A stretch of 64,000 nt of DNA from Tubulanus polymorphus (lineage: Eukaryota > Animalia > Nemertea): contig NC_134030.1 in the NCBI RefSeq assembly GCF_964204645.1, forward strand, positions 8,599,122-8,663,121, given 5' to 3'. This document shows positions 48,851 through 62,100 of this stretch, piece after piece (position 1 is the stretch's first letter; the number at the start of each line of letters is the position of its first letter). Below the pieces are notes generated by a model, which saw only the letters and a list, made by a program, of their open reading frames with translations, had not been told where the DNA came from and ran no database searches. Position numbers and translations under genes: made by a program.

Positions 48851-51800
48851 CTAAATGGTGTCTCCTGACTGCTGCAGTGTAGGGTTCACCAGCAAACTTC
48901 TCAAATTACCATCAGAAAATGCTGACATTGAAGCAGCAACACCTGAAATTACATTAAACATTAAAATATACAATCATTATTTTAGAATGAAGAAGGGTCG
49001 TGGTACCCTTCCGAAATTTCCATTTTCAATAAACTTTTTAGTTCAATTCCTACTGTGGGAGTTAACGTTTCATTCCTACATCAAGGATATTGTGATTTCA
49101 AGCAATTCATTGAACATTGACATTGAGCACGTGAAATAACAGTTGGTTAAACGAAACTCTAATTCAGAACTTTTCACTATCGTGTAGGATTTTTCATGGG
49201 TACGTACGTACCTTGTTGATAAGCAGGATGAGACTGAAGCGCTTCAAAGCTTAAACCGATGTCATTCTCACTGACAGAAGCCACTTCACCCGGTTCTAAT
49301 CGGCACACTTCATATTTCACCCACTTGTAGTTGGAACATTTTCGCGCTCCCAGTGAACTTTGGATCAAATTTTGTATAGTCGGCTGCGAGAAACCAAAAA
49401 ATTCAGCACCTTTTCCTTTCGTCGGCACAAGTATGTTACTTCCTCTGAAATTATCGTTCGCGTTAAAAAAACTCAAAAGCCTAGTCACAGCCATAAGTCT
49501 CATAACCAATCTGATCACTCAAAGATTTACGATTTGAGATTATATAGCTACAACTCGGTCTAGATTATTATTGCAAATAATGAATAGATTAGACTTGGAA
49601 GAACAAACATCAAGACCTACATTAACTTGTTCACACTTTCTAATAATCTCTTATGGCACTCAAACGCTGAAGACCCAGTTATCATTTGAAGTGGATTATC
49701 ATCAGAAGAGATTTCAAACTAAAAAGATATTCAGTCAAAATAATTACTGTTTAATTTAGGGTACATTCCTTCATTTGGTTTTTGTTACATAGGTTTAACT
49801 ACTAACCTTAGGAGAGCTCCCTGCGTCTGATATTTTACATGTGTAAAGGCACTTTTTGTTAAGTCGAGTCGTGCTGGAATATTCTCTCGTGCTACAAAAT
49901 CCTACCGGAAAAATGTAGTCTTGCGTGTGAAAATTACTACGATCAGACACAACCTGTGTATTATATGGAGAACAATCATGAAGTAGAGTGAATACTAATC
50001 AATTGCAATTATCCAATGAGTGACTCTCTATTCAAATCATGTAAATTAGCAAAACGTATGGAATTCTAAAGAAATAAAACAGTCAGTAGAGTTGCTTCCC
50101 GCATATACAATCTTTCAGGACCGTAAAATCTGTCTAACTTGAAAGAGTCAAGTCCGAGTTGGATGTTATGTACTTCATGTGTCCCAAAAAACATCAGAGT
50201 TGAACGGTTATGCGAGTTAATCGGGTCCAACTTGGGAAGAGTCCGCTGTATAATGGAACTCACCTCTCCTAAACTATGAACGGTTAATCCTCCCAATAAT
50301 ATCGGGAATATTGGACGTCCAGACAGATCTAATGGAATTGGCTGCACTTGATTTTTCTTCATCACAGAGGAGACAGTTTTGCTGCTAGTCCTACGAGCTT
50401 TCGCTTTCATATTTTCAGCTACAAATAACGAGGGCGAATGTGAATCGATGAATAAAATGTCATTCGGATCCTAAATTGAATCACACCAAAAACAGCTTCC
50501 AGTACGGTACCTAAAAGATGCTTGGCAATTTTACGAGTAGCTGTCGTCGCTAATGAGGGCCTTTTCTTGACAACTTTATCTTTAACACTCTCTGGAAATA
50601 AAAACTTACAACAATGACCAGAGTGATGTGCCGGTGTTGTTGTTTGTTGTTAAGGAACTTAAGGTAACTTAAGTCACCACCAATGCAGTCACATCTCTCA
50701 GGGGCGGGCGCAGGAAAACCCTGTTTGTGCTAACCGTGGTTAGTACACTGTGGCTAAGCATAAATGGGCGCAGGAAAACGCTGTTAGCTAACCATTGTCT
50801 TTGTGTGGCCTTTTATTTCAAGCTCGTTAGCCTAACCATGGATGAGCCACTAGCCACGGTTAGGCTAACAGGGTTTTCCTGCCCCTGGTGGTAAAGTGCT
50901 GGTGAACATGTATTATCTAAGTTTTTGTATATTGTGACAAGTTTTCTCAAAGAAGGACTGAAGTCAATTCAAGAAAGACAGACTTCTCGATTATAATGAT
51001 TATACCAGTTTTTCCTGCTGTCAATGAAGCAACAAATTTCTTCAACATCGCTGCATGAGGAGTTACAGCAGTTGGTTTTTCGGGAGTAACACGACTCGCA
51101 GCGGCTTCGTGTTGCAGAACTCGCCTCAGTAAAAACCTATAAACAATAAGACATTATGTCCCTGATATCAAAAACCAGTCTAACATACCGGCCCAAGCCT
51201 TTGATACACTTACCTTCGCTCATTGCGTAATCTGTCAAGTTTTTCTTCCTTGCCACTAACTTCATCACAAAGTGCAGAATTTAACTATGGTAGTAAAAAT
51301 AAATAATTCAAATGTTTGTTAAAATCAAATGACAGCAAGGGATTTAAAAGCTCTCTCCATTCATAACCATATCCCTCTAATCAGAAACAGAAACAAATCT
51401 AATCGTTATTATGCTTAGCGCATTATACAGTATAGGTTACAAATTCTAAAGAAGAGGCAAAAAACTTACAAACACCATTTGTTTGATCTGCTTTCGAAGA
51501 CGTTTGTATTTTCTGTAGATCTTCTCCTGCTTCATCTGATGTAGTTTGACCGCTTGTTGCTGATGACGCGCAGCTATAGAATAGAAGTCGCTGTTCGGGG
51601 AAACACCAGTTACTTTAGGCTTAACAGTATCATCGGATGTTGTCTATAATATAGAGACATATTCAAGACTTTATGTATATATGCAAGATAACAGACTCCA
51701 CTCATGCAGGTTGAATCCGAGGAACTCAGATATTTATTGAAACATTTTCTGACTCCATCATCGGATCCGAGAGTTTGGCTAAATATGACTTGAGCAGTGT

Positions 51801-53159
51801 CCTCTGCATATAATCGTATCTATTGACACCAGACATTCTACATTTTCAAGTACATAACATGTTTATTGAATTATATTATCAGTGTGTAAGACTGACCTGC
51901 ACCAGCATAAAAACACCAGGATTTCCTTCTTCTTGCTTAAAACGTTTAGCCCCAACTTGAATCTGTCCATGGAAATTCAAAATTTTCAGTATAGACAGTA
52001 CATTCTGTGCGGTTTGATAAAGTATACTTATCAAAGCAATGATTTATGGGCCTTGATTCACTAAAAGTGACTTGAGTACAAGGTAATCATAAGTGAATGA
52101 ATATCTGATAACATACCAGTGTCTAGAAATTCAAGGGCCCCATAAACAGAGTATCATAATTAACTCCTCGTGATAAGGCCTACTTACATCTCTTGTGATA
52201 GCTTTATCTAATTGGCTGATTGTTCTAAACGAAATTAACGAATGAGAATTAGTAATGATCATTTATAGTCCATGATCAAACAGTACTCGTACAGTAATAC
52301 TTACTGAACATCAAGGGTTGTCGTTTCCAACATTTTGCATTTTATCTCTTGAACATGCAGAGGCTTGTTCGCCTCTTCCAAAATCTTGTAAGCGGCTTCC
52401 AGCAACGGGCTTAATGCGATTATTGTAAATCGGTTTCCCGAACTGAAAATAAAACATTTTTTTGGTCCAGTTGTAGTTCTATTTACTTTCTATAGTGGAA
52501 ACAGCTGGAGTGAGGAATTCTTAGTTGGTCATTACAGAATGACATCTTCATGACCAGCAGACATTTAGAAATCCAGAGAATCCTAGATGAAGAGCAGCGG
52601 TGGATTTTGTATCTAAAACATTTACTAGGTCATAAAGAATATCTCGGCTAGGCTACACGCAAATAGGTAGCTACTTACCCTGTCAGGGTTCCTGCTGACC
52701 CAGTGCCAGTCGAGGCAGAGGATAGAGCCTTTGCTTTATCTTCATCAGCAGCAGGGGAAAACATCTGAGACACGATCTTAAAAATATTACAAAATCAATA
52801 AGATCAGTGGTGAATGAACTATGCCAACTAATAACTAAGACATCATGCCCAATCGATGAAAAGCTTGACAATCTGATAATTTCAATTTTCAACGCCCCTG
52901 GTGAACAAATACAGTTATCAATGAGTTTGAAACTCAGCACGATCATATGATTCAATATTTAACTCCCTCTGGTGGGGAAAACATAAACTTGTGGGTAACC
53001 CCAATTCTATATAAGAAGATGTGTCGTTATATGATAGTGCTAACAATTATCAAATGTCAGGACAACAAACTTAAACCTGTTGACATTTTCCTTAAAAAAA
53101 ACCTTTTTCACATCCACGCATGAGGACTCTGATGAGACTTGGATGTCTGCCAAATACAT
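48851..53159 (-). CDS. TBRG1: Transforming growth factor beta regulator 1 (FYRN/FYRC), ~521-aa model with an N-terminal HARE-HTH-like extension; exons 53159-53103, 52764-52679, 52442-52305, 52224-52188, 51962-51897, 51643-51470, 51284-51214, 51136-51006, 50591-50511, 50418-50264, 49953-49807, 49718-49621, 49444-49212, 48942-48851
   Basis: Coiled coil KYKRLRKQIKQMVFLNSALCDE; FYRN GRPIFPILLGGLTVHSLGEVV...YIFPVGFCSTREY...CLYTCKI; FYRC GAEFFGFSQPTIQNLIQS...GARKCSNY. Exons upstream of 51643 are phase-compatible, but their linkage is inferred. Confidence 0.85.
50699..50887. mobile_element. MITE-like foldback element in a TBRG1 intron
   Basis: CAGGGGC...GCAGGAAAACCCTGTT and AACAGGGTTTTCCTGCCCCTG inverted termini. 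Confidence 0.7.
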
Positions 53160-53779
53160 AATTCCTACATAATTTTCTAGCGATCCTCTATGTTAAAGAT
53201 GCCCCCTTTAAGTACAACCACCGAGAATTTCAATGAAAATGCGTAGCATTAGGATGTTACAGGTTGTGGAATTCAGGCCAAAACGGGCACAAAAAGGTTA
53301 CAGGATGGCCATCATATGTCTGATTGAATCAATTTAATTTGTGATGATTGGCCCTAGGGTGGAATACTAAGCTATAACATCTAGAAAATCAATCTTCAAA
53401 ATTTCCCTTGAAAACTTCAAAAATATGAAAAGGTGCTATTAACAACAATGGCCATCGATTCTGACCTAGGCAGATGTGTCTAGGGTAGATAAATGTATAA
53501 ACCAAACCAAGGCAATCTATTGAAATGTCTTCAAAACTTCCTAGAATGACTCCATTCCGTATACACCTACGTACGGACAGAGACGGCCAGACAGATAAAA
53601 ATGAATTTTTATGGCCCACTGGGACAAACAGGTTAAAAAACAGGGTTAACTCCTACAAGATTGGCACGCTGGCATTTTGTATTTGGCATAGCATCACATA
53701 ATTGTATTTGGCATAGCATCAATATATCGATAGTGATAGATATTTAGAGATAAGACAGAAGGGCGAGCTATCTGCACTG

Positions 53780-54049
53780 TAGTCAGTAACCTGTCTGTGG
53801 TTTAGTGTCACGATCGGGTATTTTCACAAACCACATATATACCACCTTGTCCTTGGTATAAGCCCATCCGATTATAAAAAGCTTACCACCAATGATTAGG
53901 TACCTAAGTTCTAACTATGCCACTGATAAACTAGTCAGTAACCTGACAGTGGTTTAGTTTCACGATCGGATATTTTCCCAAACCACATATATACCACCTT
54001 GGTATAAGCCCATCCAATTATAAAAAGCTTACCACCAACAGGTAACTAA
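53780..54049. repeat. Local direct duplication (~120 bp, copies starting 53780 and 53932)
   Basis: TAGTCAGTAACCTG...AAACCACATATATACCACCTT...ATTATAAAAAGCTTACCACCAA occurs twice. Confidence 0.85.
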
Positions 54050-54654
54050 CTACTGATAAACCAGCCACGAGCCAGCAGCAGCTGCAGGGAGTTGACCTAA
54101 AACATCAGTCATACCCACCAGGCCTCTACACACATACACACCTTCTCTTAGTTTCGAGTATGTAATTTTAATTGACTTTTACTTTTTCGGTATATTAAGT
54201 GGCTCTTTCATTAATCAGATCTATGCAGATCAACTAATAAAAATTTAAGTTGATGTTTCTTTTTAACCGATTTAGCTCAACGACCTTGAAATTACAGTGC
54301 GCCCTCGCATGCCAGGGTTTGATTTACTTACGCGATACGGAAGCACCCGCTTCGAGCCTGCGGGATTTAAGAAAAGAAAATTTTGCAATGTAACATAGTT
54401 GGCTCGCACAGCAGGTTCGACACTGTTTCGTTTGTTTCTAGGCTTTGATGTATTGATATCGTAATATTTTTAAATCAGTTTGTGATTGTTTTATGTGCAT
54501 AGAATAGTGTCGATCCGCGGGGCGATTGTACTATTAGTTTTATGGATTTATAACTATTTATTTATTAATTTATGTAGATAGATTTGCTTAAGATTCTGTG
54601 ACGTTACTTGTTTCATTGTGATGGGCTGTTTTCTCCTTTAGAGATGGCGAGTTG

Positions 54655-57600
54655 TTATTCGCTTGACATTGTGACTCGAGATGAAGTGCTGGACGATTCT
54701 TCCGGTAGACCGGCTAAACGGCGGTTGAATAAACGGAATACTCGAGGTCTCAAAACAAAACAGATGAAAATGAGAAACCCTTGGGAACCATTAAAAAACG
54801 TGTAGATTATTTTCAGAACAGGGGTACTTCCGTAGCTAGCAAGAAAACCGAGATACCACGTCAGTCCCATTATCAAAGATAATTTCATAATAATGATATA
54901 GGAGCTGTTTGTTTTCTTCCGTTTCGATTTTACAACTTTTGCCACCTTTTTAGCATCTCGTATTGCTCGCATTGTGAATCCGAAAAACGCTAAATTAAAG
55001 AAACAAATAACTGCGATGGGTATGAGAAAAGTGTAGACGAGTTGGTCAGGGTTTGAGATCCAACACACTTGTTTGTCGGCGTATTTGAAGCCGGAGTTTT
55101 CTACCCAGAACGTTAGCGAGCCACATATAGCCAGTAGAACTGCCGGCAGTAGGTAAGCATAAGCACAATAGCGTCTGAAACAACGAGCCTTTTGAAAATT
55201 ATCTCTGATTGCCGCAGAACCCCTGAAAGTTCTAAAGGTATCGTAGCTGATGACGTTTGTCCAGAAGAACACAACGAGCCACAGATAATGCACGATCATG
55301 CCGACTATCGAACACAGCAGTGGACGAGAGAGTAACGATGGTTGGAAAATCACGGCATTGAATAACAGCATAACGATGAATAAAGAAGCACACATGTTCA
55401 TCAATGTTTTACCGGGTATCGTACGCAGCGTTCTGAATAATGAATAAGTAAAAAGAACGAATATTAAACCAAACAACGACAACGAGCAAGTGATTATCGT
55501 TAGTTTAGTCTCAATCTCAGTCGCAAGATCGTAGTTTCGTCGGTAGAACTCATCCATTCAGACAACCACCAAATTACCACTGATCTGTATTTGATCTTTG
55601 CTAAGCTCGAGTTCCAACCCCGTAGGTGTTTTGATAAGAAGAATACCATCTTCCGTTTCGTTTAGATGATCTCTGCTATAAACTTGTCGACGCCGGCAAA
55701 CCTCTTTCTCACAAACGACAATGTAGTTTCTGGTCCGATTTTCATCCCGATAATTTCGATGATAAATTCCCAGCTCACTTCTTACCGGTGTCCATTGCCT
55801 TAATGTCGAGTTATCACTTCCGAGGAGTGATACGTATTCTACACCATTTTGGACTGTCAGGTCAAATGCTTCGTCTCCGTATTCGCGTAGATTGTTTTCA
55901 TCACAATCCGTCATCAAGTTGTCGGTTCTGAAATTTCTGATTCGAAGTTTGTACTTTTCGATAGACCGACAGGCATATATCCGCGATTTCCCAACTCCGA
56001 GACTGCTTAGAATATGATTAGCGATGTTCTTTAAACTTTCGTACGTAACGATATTCAAATCGGGAAATTCTACCGAATAATGGAAACCTGCGTTGCCAAT
56101 TTCACTATTCGGTAAGGTGTTCATCTTCCATGTCGTGTTTAACTTGAAACGTGAAATAACCTCATCTATCACACCGGCAATAGACGTACTTACTCGCTTC
56201 GTACATTTGTAAAACACCTCGAAATTTGCGAATAAAACTCTCGTTGCGTTGTATGGAGGAAATTCGGCGTGGAATTCGTCGGAATCGATGCATCTTTTTG
56301 AAATAGTGTTGTACAACGTGTTTTCAGCTTCGCACGTTGGAATCGACTGGAGCTTTCTCATCGTTTTCGGATCAACAAGATCCATTTCAGCAATGCCGGG
56401 TCTAGACAGATCAAATAATACAGATAACTGCGGATTGGCACCGAAAACACTTGAGGGAGGACCACTTCTTAACCTACCTAGGCAGCGTACGTCATTGCTT
56501 GCATTGAAACCGTTGCACAAGGCACAATGTACATTGCGGAACACGATGTCGTAATCTTCAACTTTTATTGGTTCAGCGTATTTGTAACAGGGATGGTCGT
56601 TACGGTGTTCCTGTGACGGACAAGTCATAATCTGATCTTTCATCCCCCTCCTGAAACAGGAAACTGCCGAATCGGTGAAATCTAGTTCGACGCGGTGTCT
56701 CTTCAAACTCTCAAACACACTTCTCTGGTCACCGCCATTCCAGTGAGAACTACCAAACGACGGTGGCACAAAATCCAAACGAACTTGACGAATTCTGTAA
56801 TAACTGACGTTTTGAAAATGACACCGAAGGCAATAGATATTACGAAAGAGAATGTCGCCGTAAACAACGGGGGTAAAACTAAGCAAATCTGTCAACTTGG
56901 AATCCGCATGAATCGGTGTAGGGCTTTCACATGCTTTAGTCTCTTTGGTGGTAGTTTGCTGGGGACATTTCACAACTGACCAGTAGTAATATCTATTTCT
57001 GCTTTCGAAGTATGGTATATTGAAGAATGTACAGGAAGTGAAATCCGCATAGTGGTGTAACTCGGATGACACTATGGGCGTAGTGGAGCTCTCGTTTCTG
57101 CAAAGCATGTAGTAGTCCAAACAACATGTACCCATCACCACGCACAATTCGCTACACGAACATACAGATCCGCCTGCACTTCCACAACGATCTCTGCATG
57201 TTAACCACGGACAAGTAAGCGCAGTTGCAGTAAAATTGAACGACGCGTCCCCATCTGAAAATTATAAGCGTTTTACAAATTAGCAGAACAAGCACATACT
57301 TGTGAAAAACATGCACTTAGAACGAAACAATCTACGAACAATCCCCTCGGATTGTACAAACAGGAGATTAATGTCGCGATTGACACTTAAGTGAAAGTTA
57401 ACAATAAGCAGCAACAACTTCGCACCGATGTATTACCGGCGGAATAGAGCAGTCTCGCCAGGAAAAATGTAATCGTACGATTGGAAGAATACAAGACGAA
57501 TATCTCGAAGAATAGAACGCACGGAAAGCGCTTATAATTCGTGATTCGTCTAAATGTCGAACAGACGATTGTGTAACCTGCAAATGATGACACTAATGCG

Positions 57601-57731
57601 TAAAAGAAATGTAATTCGTCGTCAGAACTCTTGATCTCAGTACAATCATTACCTGCGATTGCTGGCTCAGCGATGGAAATGGCTTTCGCAGAAATAACAA
57701 TTACGACACAAGTCCATATCATGAATTTCAT
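54655..57731 (-). pseudogene. SMB-domain family-B (adhesion/methuselah-like) GPCR interrupted by one in-frame TGA at 55558-55560; signal exon 57731-57653, main exon 57254-54655
   Basis: Signal peptide MKFMIWTCVVIVISAKAISIA; SMB domain TCRDRCG...CSCSELCVVMGTCCLDYYMLC; two FRNxxCxxC motifs; 7TM region with LRTIPGKTLMN, HYLWL, CWI, MGLTW, FNGSQG. Could be a nonsense allele, an assembly error or a recoded gene. Confidence 0.7.
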
Positions 57732-59112
57732 TTCGGCTCAGATTTCTTTGTTATGGCCATGCATCAAATGTCAAACCTAATGGACTATGAGCTCCTATAG
57801 GTCGGAGCGTAATCTTTAGACCGATTTTTTTCTAGAATCTACGGTGTAGCTCAGCAGTTTCTACATTCACTCTTTTGTTCCTTAACAAACGCTGATATAG
57901 ATTCGTGTTTGGGATAATGAAAGTTCGATAGTTCCAGTGAATGAATTGTATGCAACAGTATCATGGATTGTAACCGACCGATAATTATACGAAAATGAAA
58001 TAAGGAAAGAATCGATCATACATCTTCAGCAATAATTTCTAGAAATATTAGTGAACGCAAAAATAGATGGGGGCCCTGTTATAGTCTGTAGCAGAAGAAT
58101 AACATGTGGTGCACAGCTCTTCCGCAAAAGAATTGCATCGCAGAAAACGATATAAATACCTCGAGATTCAGCCCAGTTGACCATAAAGTGACCATGGAAG
58201 ACTTCTTGAAATTGGCTAACTCGAGTTAACTCTATTTCTATATTTTCTTGTCTATATGTGTTACCAGAAAAGTGAACGTCCCTGGCGATCTTACAAACCT
58301 TTCAAACCTGTGATTGCCATATTCGAAGCATTGTGTAATAAGTATCAACATCATTATGTCGAATTTACTAGAATACTAATTGTAAAAAAAACTCAATACC
58401 ACTAAGAAAATGCAGAAACACAACTAGGTATGTGTGAATATCTAGTAATATATAAAATTCATTGCATAATAACACACAAAACAACCAATTTTGTAATTAT
58501 GTATGACTCACATGCCATACGAATATAGTGTGTATGTTTTGCCGATACAATGTGGTCCGCAACTCGAAATGCTCTACGATGAACTGGGTATTTTGTATGA
58601 GTAAGTACGATGAAATATTTCATATAATATGTAAAATAATGTATATATAATATGTATATATAATGACATCTTGCATCATTTTCCACGTAACGCAATAACG
58701 AATTCCCTACAACTAACAATATTAAAGGGTGACTGACACTTTTTTCAAAGTATCGTGGTACATTGTCATACACATATGCTAGGCCTACTATTTCTCAATC
58801 CGACGTAACAATGTTATAAATGTTTTATTTGATGATTGCAATCAAAAACATGTCAGTATCAGATAATTGTTTTGACAAAAGACTTTTTCATTAATTTCCA
58901 TAGAGATAGTCACGTCATGCTGCATCGTCTATATCAATGGGCGACCTACACAGAACCAAGGTAATAATCCGTTAACTCATGAGATGATGTATCTCAATCT
59001 GCAAGTAACATTGCAAGAGATCAATGAGAAGATTTTCTGTTAAATTGAAGATTCGTATACGTATCCTGATACAATCTACAATCAGATTTCATTTGAAGTT
59101 TGTCATTTAAAG

Positions 59113-62100
59113 GTTCCAACAGTCGAGTCGAAATTGCGTCAAAATATAAGATTGATGGTCAGCCTTATATCGTGGCCCTGGAAGAAGACGACGACGTTAA
59201 GGTCACGTGTAACCATACATCCCCTGCTTTTGTGAGCAAGGGGCCAGTGAGATATTCTCTCTTGAGAGATAGGATCGAAATCGATAACAGCGTTGTTCCG
59301 GAAGTTGTTCTTAACAAAAGAGTAGAACTGAAAATCGGAAAACTGATACCAGCAGCAAAATATCAATGTCGGATGAGAACAGGTGAAAGCCAAGTGTTCA
59401 GCTCAACTTTAGTGGCTGATGTCATCAAATGTAAGTCAAGCGGTATTCTTTCACCTTTGGTTGCCATTGTCTTCGCGCTTGGTGCCCACTGGCCAACTAG
59501 ACTTGGCCGGTTTCGGCTGGAAAAACATGAACTTGCTCGAATGGCCGCCTCGATGCTGATGTGCTGTTGTACAATTAATCCTTGTCCATTCAATCGAGGA
59601 CTCTTAGGACCCTCTTTCCTTTCGGCTTCTTTCACCTTTCGGCGATTCTTTAAAGGAAGTATTACTATATCAGCACCGTGGGTGGATGTGTTGACAATAT
59701 AAAGTAGGACAATTTTGTTTTCGTTCGTGCTGCTTTTTCACAACATGAATTGGGTCGGGTTGCAGTAATTGCGCACAACCTTTGATCTCTAAATATGGAT
59801 AGACATATGTCCCCAAAGTCTGCTGATTCTCATCTAAATCCCACCATTGGCTGATTCTATTATTACCGACCCCAATCTATTGGGACGAGAAAATACTACC
59901 ATGTCATCTAAAATAGCAAGAAAGTTGTTCCCTATTCCTAGAAACGTATAATGTTTCAAAAAAATCTTTCAATTGAAGCCATCAGAATTTCGCCTTCACC
60001 ATGCACTGGAAGTAAATACAATCATGTACGATGCACTTGTTTGGTGACGAATAGTCTTGTCGATGCAGTAGTTGACGTTGATTGGTTTAGAACTAGACAC
60101 AAAATGGCAGAATTTGCAATTCAAAAATATCCAGGAAATAAGACTAAGGTACGAATATGCGCATACTGGAAAAATATACCGGAAATGAAAAATTCAAAGA
60201 TGCGTGTTATATCGAAATTCGTTTAAGTAAGCGACATCCAACAATACTTTTGATTTCTTGCGAATTTTCATCAAAATAATGACACCATATCGCAATGAAT
60301 AACAATGCAACGATTGTTACAGGACGGTTTGATATTTACGAACTCTATAGAATTCGAAGCGAACGACAACGAGAACAACCAAACCATCGAATGTCGTCTG
60401 AATTACAACGGACAACGTATACATCACCTATTCGCTGCGACGTCGATCAATGTCACATGTAAGAATTCGGCCGGCTAAGATTACTCACTCGTACCTTACA
60501 CACTTTCGTATCACTTCGGGGAAGAAATATCAAATAGAAATGCAACGATAAAATTAAATGATCAAATGCTATTTGATGATGATAGAAATGAGTAATTCAT
60601 TATACTGATAATAGCAATGCTAAAATACCATGATTAAAGGTTATTTAAAGAGGTCCACTCTTAAATCATATGAAGAAGGACTCATATTTATCTTCATCGT
60701 TCTTGTTAGTTTTGACGTTTTGGTTTTTGTTTCACTGCATGGTTAGCGATCCTATATGGTGGCTGATTCGGACATTCAGAGAAAATTTGACGTTTTTTGT
60801 CGTACTGGTGTTCTGGCGCCTTCATTTGCATACCCGGAATTTTACGTTATGGCCCGAATCAGCCACCATAATCCTATATTCTTGCCGTTGACATTCTAGT
60901 TCCAGCTCGAGATATTATAGCCACCGGAATGTATACACACACCATCAATGAAGGAGACAAGGAGAATCTCATGTGTGTCGCTGGAGAAGCAAACCCGCCC
61001 TCAACTATATACTGGTTCCGACAAAAATTCCAAGGGGACGAAAGCGTTGACGTTACTCGCCGCGCCCGAACGTCTTTCGTTCCCAGAAGAACAGGGGATT
61101 ATGGTTTCCGTCTGAAAAGTGAATATTTAGTACGTGCGACGCCCAGTGATGACGGATCTTACGTAAAATGTGTCATCGGAGAAAATCGAAGTCTATTCAA
61201 AAAAGCACATTTTATCGTTCATCGTAAGTGCAAAATGTGGACTTCAGAATATCTTTGGAATTTTCTTTATGGTATCATCTGGCCTGGAAAGATAAAAAAT
61301 GGTTCACCAATTGTGAGATTATTTTGAATTTCAATTACTGTTTATTATTTGAATATGGTTTTATCGCTTCGCATATCGGGGTCATACATCGTTAGTTCAT
61401 TTTTTCAGATGGTCCGTCGCTTGAGCTCAACATTTCGTCGTCTAACATCGAGCCACCTGTGAATAGTAGTGCTACAATCGTGCTAAACGTGGTATCGAAC
61501 CCGAGCGCTACGGCAGTTAGCTGTTCACAGGAGAACAAGGAAACCGCGTATGCCGGACGTCGGATCCAGCCTGACGATGGAGTGTGGTTAATAACGGTGC
61601 CGATACATGAAGCAGACGATTACGGTAATTACGTCTGCACTGGAGTGAACGAAAACAACATCCAGAAAACGGCCGTCGTCACAATAGCAAATCCAGGTAT
61701 TCACCGAAAAGAGATATAAATGAAAATAATTAAGGTCGACTTTTTTTCTATTTCTAAAATATTACGTATTTTACCAGGCTCGTTCGGTATGGTGAAGGTT
61801 CTAGTGACAGCGGTTTCGGGGACTATTCTAACTGGAGTACTGGTCGCCGGTGTTTTGATCGGGATCAGAAGGCGTTGCAAGCGAAAAGAAGGTAAATATC
61901 AATGCGTGAAATGATAAAGATATGCAATACTTTTTTCTCATTATACATAGACGTAGTAGACAAAACTGGCTTTAATGTGTCGTATATATCAATAGTGTTA
62001 CAATACAATCTTACATTAATCACGGAAACTTCTGGTTCATTCCTTGAAAAATAAACCATTCAGTGAATTATCAGACTATGACAAACGGGTTGTGATTTGA

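Noticed and set aside
54300-54654. SECIS element that would make the GPCR TGA a selenocysteine
   Set aside because: AATAAA appears about 90-100 nt after the stop, and the one AUGA there has no visible stem or GA quartet partner; SECISearch would be decisive.
57437-57577. Extra 141-nt GPCR exon between the signal exon and the main exon
   Set aside because: Splice sites are plausible, but the phase-1 translation does not look like an ectodomain and the flanking exons join without it; left out pending RNA data.
59431-59702. GC-richer open frames in the Ig-gene intron
   Set aside because: No recognisable protein or element ends; the plus-strand ORF is read-through past the donor at 59431.
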